Shown here one piece after another: positions 36,408 through 46,931 of a DNA stretch of 64,000 bases. A model generated the notes under the pieces. That model worked only from the letters and a program-made list of their open reading frames with translations, did not search any database and was not told where the DNA came from. The DNA lies in NCBI GenBank assembly GCA_019244185.1, contig JAFATB010000026.1, positions 96,001-160,000 on the forward strand, in the 5' to 3' direction. The DNA is from Acidobacteriota bacterium (GTDB lineage Bacteria > Acidobacteriota > Thermoanaerobaculia > Gp7-AA8). Both the position numbers and the translations under genes were made by a program. The stretch's first letter is position 1, and every line of letters starts with the position of its first letter.

Positions 36408-36446
36408 CCCTGCCGCGCCGCGCACGCGACAGGGCTCATAGCACGT

Positions 36447-37661
36447 CTACAACGACTGCAGAAATGCGAGCAGCTTCGCTTTCGCGGATGCGGTGAGCGC
36501 GGCGAAGCGATCGCGCGCGGCGCGTCCCTGTCCGTCGTGCGCGAGGATGGCCTGATCGAGCGTCGTGGCGCGGCCGTCGTGCAGGTAGCTCGTGATGAAG
36601 CGCAGGCCCCACAGAGGACTCGTGCGCATCTCGCGTCCGCTCGCGGCGCCCTGTTCGATGTCGTCGCCGAGCGCGCCCATGTCGTGCAGCAAAAAGTCGG
36701 AGTAGGGGTGATACGTCTGCCGGCTCAGCGCGGCGATCGGATTCGCGGCGGTGCGCAACGTGTCGACGTGACACGCATTGCAGCCGATGCGGTTGAACGT
36801 GTTCTCGCCGTCGGCAGTGTCGGCGTTCTGCGCGCCGCGCGGCGGCGCCGCGAGCATGGTCATGAAATTCGTGAGGAGAATCGGGCCGGAGCCGTCGTCG
36901 TTGAGTCCGGGCGCCGGATTGTGCGCGAGCTCCGCGCAGTTGCCCTGCGGACAATTCTCGGCCGTGAAGTCGGGCGTGGTGATGCCCATCTCGTTGAGGT
37001 ACGCGTCGCCGGAGAACTGGAAGAGCGTCGGCACCTGCGCCTTCCAGCCGAACTTGCCGACGGTCTTCATGCCCGCGCGGATGTTGTCGACCATGCTGAC
37101 GCGCCCCGCCGTTCCATCGCGCCGCATCGCCTCGGTGCGTGCGAGTCCGACGAAGTCGGCGTCGGCGGTGGCGTCGATGAGGCCGAGGCCGAAGAGCGGC
37201 GTGGAGCGGCGATGAATGACGATCGTCGCGGACGCCGGCACCGTCTCCGCGCGAAACACATACGACGAGCCGTCCGCGAGGCCGATGGCGTGATCCTGCA
37301 TCAGCGTGCCGCCGAGCGCGGTGAGCGGATCGAACGTGCCCTTCACGCGCCGCGCGAAACGCGTCACGAGCCGCGTGCTGCCGCCGCCGGTGGCGGGCAC
37401 GCTGTGACACGCGGAGCACGCGCGTTCATTGAAGACGGGGCCGAGACCGTCGACGAGTTCTTCGGCGGAGCTGAAGTCGGCGAGGCCGTCGGCGAAGGAC
37501 GCGCGCTGCGTGGCGGTGAGACCGGCCAGCGGATCGCCCGGTTTCGGGGTGGTGGTGGGCGGCGGCGTGGGGCCGCGTGTCGCGCGGCGGCGGAGTTGCT
37601 GTTGTCCGTACAGCGGAATGGTCAATGTCAGTACCAAAAGAGCGGCGATGATGCGTTGCAT
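36447..37661 (-). CDS. Di-heme oxidoreductase (DHOR) family protein, secreted
   Basis: GLGPVFN, CSACH and CNACH heme motifs, GKFGWKA, YSDFLLHDMG, RTSPLWG, YLHDGRA. Confidence 0.92.
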   Translation of the reverse strand: MQRIIAALLVLTLTIPLYGQQQLRRRATRGPTPPPTTTPKPGDPLAGLTATQRASFADGLADFSSAEELVDGLGPVFNERACSACHSVPATGGGSTRLVTRFARRVKGTFDPLTALGGTLMQDHAIGLADGSSYVFRAETVPASATIVIHRRSTPLFGLGLIDATADADFVGLARTEAMRRDGTAGRVSMVDNIRAGMKTVGKFGWKAQVPTLFQFSGDAYLNEMGITTPDFTAENCPQGNCAELAHNPAPGLNDDGSGPILLTNFMTMLAAPPRGAQNADTADGENTFNRIGCNACHVDTLRTAANPIAALSRQTYHPYSDFLLHDMGALGDDIEQGAASGREMRTSPLWGLRFITSYLHDGRATTLDQAILAHDGQGRAARDRFAALTASAKAKLLAFLQSL

Positions 37662-37815
37662 CGGATCCCCCTTCATCGATTTCCCGGGGCAGACCTCCGG
37701 CCGGTACGCCGGCCGTTCAGGATCAGTTGTGCGATGGTGGAATCGTGCGCGTGCGGGCGGCGCGCAGTCATCACGCGGATGCAATTCGTTTGTAACGCGT
37801 GTAACGCATGACGTG

Positions 37816-38517
37816 TTAGGCGATGAACTTGTAGCCGAGGCCGTGCACCGTGACGATGCGTTCCTGCGATGCCGGTCCGGCTTCGAGCTTGCGGCGCAGC
37901 GACGCGATGCGGACGTCGACCGTGCGCGTGGCCGGCATCGCCTCGTAGCCCCAGACGACGTTCAGCAGTTCGTCGCGGCTGACGACTTCGCCGCGTCGGT
38001 CGATGAGGTAACGCAGCAGCCGTAGTTCGAGCGCCGACAGCCGCACGCTCGCGCCGCCGCAGCGCACCTCGGCACTGCGAAAGTTCACTTCGATGTCGTG
38101 CAGCGCGACGACGCCGCTGTTCGCCGGTGGTCTCGACGTACGGCGCAACAGCGCCTGCAGCCGCGCCGCGAATTCGGTGCCGTGGAGCGGACGTACGACG
38201 AAGTCGTCGGCGCCGGCGCGCAATCCGGCGATGCCGTCGTTGGCGCGGCCGCGTTCCGCGACGAGCATCACCGGCAGCTGCGATCCCGACGCGCGCAGCC
38301 GCGCGACGACGTCGAGCGCATCGCGGCGCGCGCGAAGGTCGAGCAGCGCGCAATCGATGGTATCGCCGCGAACGATGTCGAGCGCGCGGGTATCGTCGGC
38401 GGCGATGACGATCTCGTACGCGTCGGGCAGTTGCGCGAGCGCCTGCGCGGTGAGCGTGCGGTCGGAGCTGGCGAGCAGGATGCGCGCGGAAGGTGGCGTG
38501 GCTTCGACGAGATCCAT
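37816..38517 (-). CDS. OmpR/PhoB-family response regulator (atypical receiver)
   Basis: GADDFV, ELLNVVWG, RTVDVRIASLRRKL, ITVHGLGYKF-type winged helix. Confidence 0.88.
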   Translation of the reverse strand: MDLVEATPPSARILLASSDRTLTAQALAQLPDAYEIVIAADDTRALDIVRGDTIDCALLDLRARRDALDVVARLRASGSQLPVMLVAERGRANDGIAGLRAGADDFVVRPLHGTEFAARLQALLRRTSRPPANSGVVALHDIEVNFRSAEVRCGGASVRLSALELRLLRYLIDRRGEVVSRDELLNVVWGYEAMPATRTVDVRIASLRRKLEAGPASQERIVTVHGLGYKFIA

Positions 38518-38578
38518 GCGTGCCGTTTAGTCACGGCGGGTGCCACGCCGTTCCGGCGGCAACGCGGCGTACGTGCGG

Positions 38579-38608
38579 CAGAATGACGCGGCGTGGCGCG
38601 TCATTCTG
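38579..38608. terminator. 12-bp hairpin downstream of DUF2891 gene
   Basis: CAGAATGACGCG-GCGTGG-CGCGTCATTCTG. Confidence 0.5.
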
Positions 38609-38615
38609 TCCATGA

Positions 38616-39632
38616 TCATTGCGCGGCGCCGCGCCTGGTGACGAGATACGTCGCGAAGCTGCCGAGCCAGTGGCCGCCTTCGTAGTGCTCGCCGGTCACG
38701 GCTTTCAGTCCCGCGTCGGCGTGCGCGCGTGACGCCGCGAGCAGCGTCTTCACGCGCGGATCATTCGCCGGAAGACCGGACGCAATGCCTTCGAGCATCC
38801 ACGCGCGGCTGAGATTGAGCCCGTCGAGATGCGCGAGCTTCGGATCGCTCGGGTCGGTCACGACGGCGGGCGTGAGCGTCATCGAAGGCATGAACTTCGT
38901 CAGCCACCGCGCGAACTCGCTCTTCGGCAGTACGCGCCGCATGAGATCCGCTTCGGCGAGGCAGGGCGAGAGGAAGTCTTCACCCGACGGCTCGTAGGCG
39001 AGCGGGCAATTGCGGTCGCGGCCGTAGAACGCGTTCGCGCGCTCGCGGATCAGCTTCGCGAACTCGTCGCCGCCGGCGCGCGAGTCGAGCATGAGGCCGA
39101 GGGCGAAGGCGGTCTGACTGTGCTCGCCGCTGCGGATCGGCGTGGTGAGCTTCGGGAGCCACGTTTTCAGTCGCGCGACGGCGGCGTCTTCAAGCGGTTG
39201 AATCGTCGGGTAAAGCGGGTCGTGCATCTCGCGCAGTTCGGCCGAGAGTTGCAGTAGCCACGCGAGTCCGTACGGGCGCTCGAAGCTGGCCATGCCTTCG
39301 CGATTCAGGTACGCGACCTCGGCGGCGATGTGCTCGGGCGTGATGCTCTCGGCAAGCGCGGCGCGCGCTTTCGCGGCGAACGGCGCGTCGGGCGAGAGGC
39401 GCACGAGGCGGGCGAGGAGCCAGTGGCCGTGCACGGACGAATGCCAGTCGTAGCAGCCGTAGAACGCGGGCGTGAGGAGGCGCGGCGGCGCGACGTCGCG
39501 ATCGGAGTTGAGCACGTGCCCGATCTTGTTCGGATACTCCTTGTGCACGCACGCGAGCGCGAGGTTCGCGAAGCGGTCGGCGGCGTGCGGATCGAGCGTG
39601 AGCGCGGCGGCGAGGACGATGCCGTGGATCAT
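38616..39632 (-). CDS. DUF2891 family protein
   Basis: EYPNK, FYGCYDWHSSVHGHW, FERPYG, HLDGLNLSRAW, YEGGHWL. Confidence 0.9.
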   Translation of the reverse strand: MIHGIVLAAALTLDPHAADRFANLALACVHKEYPNKIGHVLNSDRDVAPPRLLTPAFYGCYDWHSSVHGHWLLARLVRLSPDAPFAAKARAALAESITPEHIAAEVAYLNREGMASFERPYGLAWLLQLSAELREMHDPLYPTIQPLEDAAVARLKTWLPKLTTPIRSGEHSQTAFALGLMLDSRAGGDEFAKLIRERANAFYGRDRNCPLAYEPSGEDFLSPCLAEADLMRRVLPKSEFARWLTKFMPSMTLTPAVVTDPSDPKLAHLDGLNLSRAWMLEGIASGLPANDPRVKTLLAASRAHADAGLKAVTGEHYEGGHWLGSFATYLVTRRGAAQ

Positions 39633-39642
39633 GCGCCGCAGT

Positions 39643-41583
39643 CTAGCGGAGCCGCTCGCGCAGCTCCTGCGCTTCCGGAAAATCGGGACGAAGTCGCAGC
39701 GCTTCGTCGTCGTTGTGGCGCGCGGCGTCGAGCTGCCCGGTTTGCGCATCGGCGAGCGCGAGCGCGAACAGATCGGCGGGATCGTTCGGCGCGAGACGCG
39801 ACGCGCGCGTCAGCGCGGCGACCGCATCCGCGGCGTCGCCGCGCGCGAGATCGGCCATCCCGAGGTCGTACCAGGCGGAGGCGTCGGCGGGAGCGCGGGA
39901 TGCGGCAGTGTTGAAGAAGCGCGCCGCCTCATCGCCGTCGCGGAGTTGCATCGCGATCCGTCCAAGATGCGACGCACGTGCTGCAGGAAGCGATGCGGCG
40001 TCGATCGAAGCGAGGAGCCGGCGAGCGTCATCGAGGCGTTGCACGCGCACGTACTCCGCCGCCAACTCGTCCGTCGCGCTCGCGCGCAACACCGGCTGCG
40101 CGACCGGCGCGCGCAGCACGCGCTCGAACGCATCGATCGCGCGGGCATCGTCTCCCGCATGCTGATACGCCAGCCCGGCGCGCAGGTAGAGCCGCGCGGA
40201 GTCGGTGTGATGCGGCTCCACGCGCGCGAGGAACGTCGACGCCTCCTCGGCACGATGGTGCGAGATCAGATAGACCGCCATGTTCGTCTCTTCGTACGAA
40301 CGTCCGCTGTCGAGGCCGAACGGCCAGAGCGTGATGCAGGCCGCGACAGCGGCACCGGCCACCGCGACCGGCCAGATGCGCCGGATCTCGAAGATGCCCG
40401 CGGCGCAGACGGCGAACGCGAGCAGCAGCGGCAGGCGATAGCGCGAGGCGACGAAGAACAACGCCACCGACAGCGCGTACACCGGCACGAACGCGACCCA
40501 GATGCGAAAGCGCCGATCGCGCACGCGGCTCATCGCGCCGGCGACGCCGAGCGGCACGAGCAGCCACGGCCCGATCACGAGCAGCTGTAGCGGCGAGTCG
40601 ACGTCCTTGCGAAAGAAGTCGTAGCTCGTGTTCAGCGCGAGATCGGTCTCGTGAATCGTGTACGCGAGCTTGAGAGCGAACAGCCGCAGCGCGTCCAACG
40701 GATGCTCGCGAATCCAGCGGAACGCCTCGCCGTAAAACCACCGCGACACTTCGCCGGCCGTCAGTGGATGTCCAACCGCGGCCGTGGCGACGCGCGCGGC
40801 GTCGACCGACTGTCCGGCGATCGTCGGACGGATTCCGCGCACGGCGTGGTACGTGCCGTCCGCTTCCTCGTTGTTGCCGATGTAGAAGTTGAGCCCTCCG
40901 TGCGACGAGACGAGCACGAGCTCGTGCGCGACGACGTAGTTGCGCAGCACCACCGGCGCGAGCAGCAGCGCGCAACCCGCGGCGAAGGCCGCGGCCTGCC
41001 GCCAGCGTTTCGAAAGAAGCAGCAGCAGTCCCGACGCGGCGAGCCAGATCAGCGCGTTCGGGCGATTGAGCACGAAGAGTCCCGTAGCCGCTCCCGCCGC
41101 GGCGAACCGCAACAGAGTCTCTCGCTGCTGTGCGGCATCCGACTGCAGCGCAACCGTCAACGTCCACAACATCAGCGCGACGAGAAACGGATCGAGCGCC
41201 GACTGCAGGATCTCGATCTCGTCGAACGTCACCACGCCGGTGAGCACGATGAGCAGCGCCGACAGAAACGCGGCGCGCAATCCGAACCAGCGGCGCGCGG
41301 TGTCGAACAGGAGCACGACGCCGATGCTGCCGAGCAGGATCTGAATGAGCGGCGCCACCGCAACGGACGCGCCGGTCAGTTTCAAGAAATAGAGATACAG
41401 CGGCGACACAAAGTACGCGACGGGAGGTGGTCCGCTACGCGCCATCTGCAGGTAGACGGCGCCGTCCATGTCGTCCGCCGGTTGCAGCAGCGGATGCGCA
41501 TGCAGCGACGCGAGCACGAGCGCCTTGACCGCGAGAGAGACCAGAAAAACCAGAACGTGCGACAGGCGTCGTCCGCGGAGCAT
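39643..41583 (-). CDS. GT-C/PMT-like membrane glycosyltransferase with C-terminal TPRs
   Basis: Multi-TM with early D..Y, PLY, RPN, GLNFYIGN, RYRLP; TPR repeats at C-terminus. Confidence 0.82.
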   Translation of the reverse strand: MLRGRRLSHVLVFLVSLAVKALVLASLHAHPLLQPADDMDGAVYLQMARSGPPPVAYFVSPLYLYFLKLTGASVAVAPLIQILLGSIGVVLLFDTARRWFGLRAAFLSALLIVLTGVVTFDEIEILQSALDPFLVALMLWTLTVALQSDAAQQRETLLRFAAAGAATGLFVLNRPNALIWLAASGLLLLLSKRWRQAAAFAAGCALLLAPVVLRNYVVAHELVLVSSHGGLNFYIGNNEEADGTYHAVRGIRPTIAGQSVDAARVATAAVGHPLTAGEVSRWFYGEAFRWIREHPLDALRLFALKLAYTIHETDLALNTSYDFFRKDVDSPLQLLVIGPWLLVPLGVAGAMSRVRDRRFRIWVAFVPVYALSVALFFVASRYRLPLLLAFAVCAAGIFEIRRIWPVAVAGAAVAACITLWPFGLDSGRSYEETNMAVYLISHHRAEEASTFLARVEPHHTDSARLYLRAGLAYQHAGDDARAIDAFERVLRAPVAQPVLRASATDELAAEYVRVQRLDDARRLLASIDAASLPAARASHLGRIAMQLRDGDEAARFFNTAASRAPADASAWYDLGMADLARGDAADAVAALTRASRLAPNDPADLFALALADAQTGQLDAARHNDDEALRLRPDFPEAQELRERLR

Positions 41584-41628
41584 TCGAGCCAGTCTAGTGA
41601 AGGCAGGAAAGCTGCACTAGTGGCCGGC

Positions 41629-42183
41629 ATGATCCAGGTGACCCTGTTCGTCATCGCCTCTCTCTTCGCCACCAACAACTCCACGCCGTCCACTCCGGCG
41701 ACCGGCGTCGTCTCGCTCGCCGCAAGCACGAAGAAGAACATCGTCGAGCTGCGCGTGGGCGGCAAGACCATCCGCCGCTACGACGTCTCGGTCGGAACGA
41801 AAGCGCATCCGACGCCGCAGGGGACGTATCGCATCAACCACATCGTCTGGAACCCGGCCTGGGTGCCGCCCGACGCGAAGTGGGCCAAAGGCGCGAAGCC
41901 GGCCGCGCCGGGCAGCGAGAAGAATCCGATGAAGGTCGTGAAGATCTTCTTCAAGGAGCCCGACTACTACCTGCACGGCACGGGCGACGAGGACGCCCTC
42001 GGCGGCGCGGCATCGCACGGCTGCATCCGCATGTCGCAGAAGGACGCGTTCGCGCTCGGCCGCTATCTGATGGACCACGGCGGCGTGCCGAAGGACGACA
42101 GCTGGTACGCCGGCGTCTTCAACCGCGGCGTGTCGGCGGACATCCGCCTGCCGCGCTACGTCACGATCGTGATCGGGCCGTGA
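41629..42183 (+). CDS. L,D-transpeptidase (YkuD)
   Basis: TPQGTY, NPAW.PP, LHGT, SHGCIRM. Confidence 0.92.
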   Translation: MIQVTLFVIASLFATNNSTPSTPATGVVSLAASTKKNIVELRVGGKTIRRYDVSVGTKAHPTPQGTYRINHIVWNPAWVPPDAKWAKGAKPAAPGSEKNPMKVVKIFFKEPDYYLHGTGDEDALGGAASHGCIRMSQKDAFALGRYLMDHGGVPKDDSWYAGVFNRGVSADIRLPRYVTIVIGP

Positions 42184-42198
42184 GTCCGCGCGCGCGAA

Positions 42199-42354
42199 TC
42201 AGCGCATCTGACTGATGACCCACGCGATCAGCGCAATGGCCACGACCACGATGATGATCATGGTGATGGCGCTCTGACGCGACGAGCTGACGCTCACGGT
42301 CTCGTGCACGACGCGGCGTTCGACGGTATCGTCCTGATGCTCAGGTTCCGGCAT
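42199..42354 (-). CDS. Small single-TM hypothetical protein
   Basis: Hydrophobic C-terminal helix; start overlaps MFS gene end. Confidence 0.5.
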   Translation of the reverse strand: MPEPEHQDDTVERRVVHETVSVSSSRQSAITMIIIVVVAIALIAWVISQMR

Positions 42355-43519
42355 GCTCGGCAGCCGGAGCAACTGCGGTGCCACGAACGCCGCGCGACGC
42401 GGCGATGAAGATCGGAATGGCGAGACAGCTCAGCGCCGCTGCCGCCGCGAACGCGGTGCCGAGGCCGTAGCGCTGGCCGATCGCGCCGGTGATGAGCGAG
42501 CCGACGCCGATGCCGGTGTCGATCGCCCACACCATCGAGCCGAACGTCCGCCCGCGCTGCGCCTCGTCGGTGTGCGTCACGATGAAGGTCATGAACGCGG
42601 GCATGGACGCGCCGATGCCGAGGCCGAAGAGGATCGCGGAGGCGACGAGCTCCGTGCGATCGGACGCGCGCGCGAGCAGCGCGAACGACACCGGCATCGC
42701 CGCGAACGCGGGATAGAGCAGCACCTTCGGACCGAAGCGGTCGCCGAGCCGCGAGGTGAAGACGCGCACGACGATGATCGTGAGCGTGAAGCTCGTGAAG
42801 AAGAGCGAGTCGGGCGTGATGCCACGTTGATGCGAGAGGATCACAACGTAGCTCGTGATGCCGCCGTAGCCGAAGTTCACGACGGCGAGCGACAGCGTCG
42901 CCTTCACGACGCTCCAGTCCCACAGCTCGTGCACGCGCGGGAGCTCGCGGGCGCTGCGCGCGTCGAGTCCCGGCAGCCGCATGCCCCACAACGCGGTGCA
43001 GCACGAGAGCAGCGCGAGCTCGAGACAGAGCGTGAGCCAGCCCCACCTGTAGACGAGCAGGCCGATCGCCGGCGCCACCGCGATCGCGGTTGTCGGCGCG
43101 AGTCCCCAATACGCCAGCCCTTCTGTCCGTCGCGAGACCGGAATGAACTCGGTCATGAGAGCGCTGGCCGACGACAGAATCCCCGACCAGATCGAGCCGT
43201 GCACGACGCCGATCAGCAGCAACAGCGGCAGCCATTGCACGAGGCCGTACGCGACGGAGAAGGCGATGAAGAGCACCGACGCGATGACGAGCATCCGCCG
43301 CCGCCCGATGCGATCGGCGATCGTGCCGGTCATCGGCGCGGAGAACGCGCTGGCGAACGTGTACACCGCGAGGAACGACCCCGCCGCGGCGGTGGTGCCG
43401 CCGAGCTCGAGGATCCGCAGCGGGATCGCGGGAAAGAGCTGGAACGCCGCGAAGAACGTGAAGAACTGGAACAGCCAGAGCGCGGCGAAACGGCGGGTGA
43501 AGAGAGGCTCGCGGGACAC
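42341..43519 (-). CDS. MFS transporter
   Basis: 12-TM pattern; GTIADRIGRRR and LGDRFGPK motif A. Confidence 0.92.
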   Translation of the reverse strand: MSREPLFTRRFAALWLFQFFTFFAAFQLFPAIPLRILELGGTTAAAGSFLAVYTFASAFSAPMTGTIADRIGRRRMLVIASVLFIAFSVAYGLVQWLPLLLLIGVVHGSIWSGILSSASALMTEFIPVSRRTEGLAYWGLAPTTAIAVAPAIGLLVYRWGWLTLCLELALLSCCTALWGMRLPGLDARSARELPRVHELWDWSVVKATLSLAVVNFGYGGITSYVVILSHQRGITPDSLFFTSFTLTIIVVRVFTSRLGDRFGPKVLLYPAFAAMPVSFALLARASDRTELVASAILFGLGIGASMPAFMTFIVTHTDEAQRGRTFGSMVWAIDTGIGVGSLITGAIGQRYGLGTAFAAAAALSCLAIPIFIAASRGVRGTAVAPAAEHAGT

Positions 43520-43566
43520 CGCGACATCTTAGAATGTTCCTCAGTCCGTTCGGGTTACAGCGCGCG

Positions 43567-44409
43567 ATGAAAGTGAAACGCGCAGCCAAGTACGGCTTCT
43601 GTTCCGGCGTCCGTATCGCCGACCTGAAAGTCAAACGCTTTGCCGCGAAAGGCGGCCGCGGCGCGATCCTCGGCCAGGTCGTGCACAACGAGCGCGTCGT
43701 CGAGGAGATGGAGCAGCTCGGCGTGCGTACCGTCAACGAGATCGGCGCCGTCGAGGAGCCGACCATCGTCTTCTCCGCGCACGGCGTGCCGCCGTCGTTT
43801 CACGACACCGCGCGCGGACGCGGGCTCGAGATCCTCGATACGACCTGCAAGTTCGTCTACGACATCCACCGCGAGTCGAAGCAGGCCCTCGCCGCGGGCG
43901 ATCACCTCGTCTTCATCGGCGATCCGAAGCACCGCGAGGTCATCGGCTACACGAACGATCTGGAACCATCGTCCTACCACATCGTCTCAACAATCGAGGA
44001 GGCCGAGTCGATCGATTGGACGCCCTACACGCGCATCAAGATCTTCTACCAGACGACGCTGAACTCCGAGGAGTTCGAGGACGTGGTGCGGATCATCGAG
44101 CGGCGGGCGGGAACCGTCGAGCGCGGCGACACGATTTGCTACGCGACGAAAGAGAACCAGGATGCGGCGCGCGTGCTGGCGCACGATCCCGAAGTGGATG
44201 TGATCGTCGTGATCGGCGGCACGAAGAGTGCGAATACGAAGCATCTGTGGGACATCTGCCGCGAAACGAAGCCCGCGTATCTGGTCCAGGGCGCCTCGGA
44301 TCTCGATCCGGCGTGGCTCGCGGGCGCGAACGTGATCGGGCTGACGGCGGGCTCATCGACGCCCGACTATGTGATCGACGAGGTCGAGCAGGCGCTGGCC
44401 GCGATGTGA
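43567..44409 (+). CDS. ispH: 4-hydroxy-3-methylbut-2-enyl diphosphate reductase
   Basis: GFCSGV, VHN, FSAHGV, DTTC, H.EV, QTT, TICYAT, SANT, GLTAGSSTP. Confidence 0.95.
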   Translation: MKVKRAAKYGFCSGVRIADLKVKRFAAKGGRGAILGQVVHNERVVEEMEQLGVRTVNEIGAVEEPTIVFSAHGVPPSFHDTARGRGLEILDTTCKFVYDIHRESKQALAAGDHLVFIGDPKHREVIGYTNDLEPSSYHIVSTIEEAESIDWTPYTRIKIFYQTTLNSEEFEDVVRIIERRAGTVERGDTICYATKENQDAARVLAHDPEVDVIVVIGGTKSANTKHLWDICRETKPAYLVQGASDLDPAWLAGANVIGLTAGSSTPDYVIDEVEQALAAM

Positions 44410-44444
44410 ATTTCACTCCCTCGCAGCCTGTTAGAAGGGCCGCG

Positions 44445-45263
44445 ATGACATTTATTCGGAGAATTGCAGCGTCCCTGCTCCTCACGCTCGCGGCCGGTTC
44501 GGCGGTGGCGGCGACGCAGGTGAACTGCCATTCTTCCGCGGGCAACGTCGAGGAGTTCCGCTACTCGTGGCGGCTGCGCGGCGGCATCCGCTTTCTCGCC
44601 GGCCTCGTCTTTCCCACCGCCGGCGTCGCCAATCTCCGCACGAGCTTTCCGACCGGCAACGACCATTCGATTCACAGTGAGCTGTTGATCACGGCGCCGA
44701 CCGGCAAGCAGGGCGGCTTCTTCGCGTATGAATCGGAGATGGACAACTCCGGCAAGCGGACGCTGATGACGTACCACGGCTACTCGTGGGGCGACAAAGC
44801 GCGCAACGAGCGCACGAACTTCGATTACGCGAAGGGACTGGCGCGCATCCACCGCGAGAAGTCGGACGACGATCCGGAGTATCGCGTGAAGAAGCTGCCG
44901 TCGGATCACGACGAGGTGCGCGACATCCTCACCGCGATCTACTTCCTCCGCCAGAACGCCGCGACGATCGGCGGCCCCGTGCAGACGAGCATCTTCTCGG
45001 ACGGCAAGGAGTACCCGGTGATCTTTCGGCCGATCAACGAGCGCCGTACGTTCGTGATCGAGGGGAAGACGGTGGCGTCGAACGGCTTCGAGATCGTCGA
45101 CGCGCCGGGCGGCAAGAAGTGGCCGGGCGGCGTGAAGGTGTGGCTGTCCGCCGACGAGCGCCGCATCCCGTTCCGCATCGAGATCCAGCAGAGCGTGGCC
45201 ACGATGCAGCTCGACCTGCAGTCGGTCGAAGCCTGCGCCTTCATGGCCGGCGCCGCCAGCTAG
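44445..45263 (+). CDS. Secreted DUF3108-like protein
   Basis: Signal peptide; DILTAIYFLR, VWLSADERRIP. Confidence 0.72.
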   Translation: MTFIRRIAASLLLTLAAGSAVAATQVNCHSSAGNVEEFRYSWRLRGGIRFLAGLVFPTAGVANLRTSFPTGNDHSIHSELLITAPTGKQGGFFAYESEMDNSGKRTLMTYHGYSWGDKARNERTNFDYAKGLARIHREKSDDDPEYRVKKLPSDHDEVRDILTAIYFLRQNAATIGGPVQTSIFSDGKEYPVIFRPINERRTFVIEGKTVASNGFEIVDAPGGKKWPGGVKVWLSADERRIPFRIEIQQSVATMQLDLQSVEACAFMAGAAS

Positions 45264-45352
45264 CCGGCACGGCCGGCCGCGCTAAGGGCCTAGCCGAGTT
45301 GCACGTGCGGCTGCCGCGCGACTTCATGCAGCGCGGGTGCGCACACGAAGAA

Positions 45353-45769
45353 CTACGTTGTCGTTTCGCGCGGCGTGGCGATCGGGGTTCCGAGTCCGCA
45401 GAAGAGGCCCACCATGTCGAGGAGTTCCGCGACGTCGACCGGTTTGCCGAGGACGACGGCGGGGTGGAGCTCCTGCTCGGAGCTGTCGAACTCGTAGCCG
45501 GTGATGACGATGACGGGCGACTCTTTGCTGCGCGAGCGGAACCAGCGCAGCCACTGGCGGCCGTCCATGCGCGGCATGGCCAGGTCGAGGATCACGAGCT
45601 GGATGTCGGGATTCGTCTCGACGAGCGGAATGGCTTGTTCGCCGTCGTTGGCGACGAGCACCTGAAAGCCGTACGGCGTCAGCAGCTCGCGATACCAGAT
45701 GACGGTCCGCTCATCGTCGTCGATGACCAGCAATTTGCGCAGCTTGAGGGTCTTACGCGCTCGAATCAA
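45353..45769 (-). CDS. Stand-alone response-regulator receiver
   Basis: LLVIDDD, ILDLAMPRMDG, ITG, KPV; start uncertain. Confidence 0.88.
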   Translation of the reverse strand: MIRARKTLKLRKLLVIDDDERTVIWYRELLTPYGFQVLVANDGEQAIPLVETNPDIQLVILDLAMPRMDGRQWLRWFRSRSKESPVIVITGYEFDSSEQELHPAVVLGKPVDVAELLDMVGLFCGLGTPIATPRETTT

Positions 45770-45826
45770 AGGAGACTCCCAGTCCGTCGGCGATTCGGTG
45801 GCGGACGCTGCAAAGAGGCTGCCGAG

Positions 45827-46918
45827 TCAGCGGCTTTCCCGCATTGACGGCACGACATCGGTCGGAACGGTCGTCTGCAGAGGCGCCTGTTCGCGCGGAA
45901 CGAGCGTGAATCGCGCGGGGTCGTACCGCAGCGCGATCAGCCGTCCTTTGTGCACGTTCGCGTCGCGCGGCAGCTCGACGCGCAGCGTCACGCCGCCGCT
46001 GAGCACGCCGCGCACGAGCCAGCGTCCATCGGCAAATCCCGCCTCTTCGATCCCGAAAATGAGATCGGAGTCTTCGCCGGCGCGCGCGGGCGCGAAGTCG
46101 CCCGGACGCACGAGCGCGACGCCGCTGCCCTGAAACGGCGGCGACGCGAGCTCCCACGCGCCGATGACCGACTCGACGCTCGTGCCGCGAATCGTGATCG
46201 GGATCGCGTCGACTTCGCCGATCGCGACGGCCGCCGCTTCGTCGACAGGCCGCGCGAACAGCTCGGCCGCGCTGCCGTGCTGCACGACGCGGCCGTCATC
46301 GAGCACGACGACCGCGTCCGTGAGCGCGAGCTCGTCGCGCGAGGCAGGCGTCGAGAGCACCGTCGCTCCGACGATGCGCAGCATGCGATAGAACGCGTCC
46401 GCGAGCGCCACGCGCGCGGATGCCGCAACGCCTTCGAGCACGCGGTCCGCGATGACGATGCCCGGCCGCAGCAACTCGATCCGGGCGCAATGCACGCGCG
46501 CCGCTTCCGTCGACGAGAGCGAGTCGATGCGGCGCTCGAGCAACGCGCCGAGCTGCCAGGAGTCGACCGCGAGCGCGTACTCACGATGACGGTCTTCGCG
46601 GTCGAGCGTGCGCGTGCGGACGGCGGCGACGAGCGCGTGCTGCACGCTCCAGCGTCCCGGCACGTCGAGCGCCCGCGTCACATAGAGCAGCGGCCGTCGC
46701 GCGGGCTTGAGGTCGTTGACGACGCGCGCGCCGATGAGAATCTCGCCGGTGTCGGGCGTCAGCGTGCCGGCGACGAGCCGGAGCAGCGTCGACGCGCCGC
46801 ACGCGGGCGGCCCCGCAAGGGCGGTATGCGTGCTGCGCGGCACGGTGAAGCTGATCTCGCGCAGCGCGAAGCCGGTTCCGTAGCGGAACGAGACGTTGCG
46901 CAGCGTGAGGTCGAGCAC
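45827..46918 (-). CDS. ABC ATPase-like protein (MalK/PotA-type) with degenerate motifs
   Basis: GPPACGAST (Walker A Lys lost), LSSTE signature, IVIADR Walker B; TOBE-like tail. Confidence 0.8.
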   Translation of the reverse strand: MLDLTLRNVSFRYGTGFALREISFTVPRSTHTALAGPPACGASTLLRLVAGTLTPDTGEILIGARVVNDLKPARRPLLYVTRALDVPGRWSVQHALVAAVRTRTLDREDRHREYALAVDSWQLGALLERRIDSLSSTEAARVHCARIELLRPGIVIADRVLEGVAASARVALADAFYRMLRIVGATVLSTPASRDELALTDAVVVLDDGRVVQHGSAAELFARPVDEAAAVAIGEVDAIPITIRGTSVESVIGAWELASPPFQGSGVALVRPGDFAPARAGEDSDLIFGIEEAGFADGRWLVRGVLSGGVTLRVELPRDANVHKGRLIALRYDPARFTLVPREQAPLQTTVPTDVVPSMRESR

Positions 46919-46931
46919 GACCTCATTGTAG

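Noticed and set aside
37791-37807. TGTAACGC direct repeat as an OmpR-type binding site for the DHOR gene
   Set aside because: 9-bp period does not match the usual 10-11-bp spacing; only two copies.
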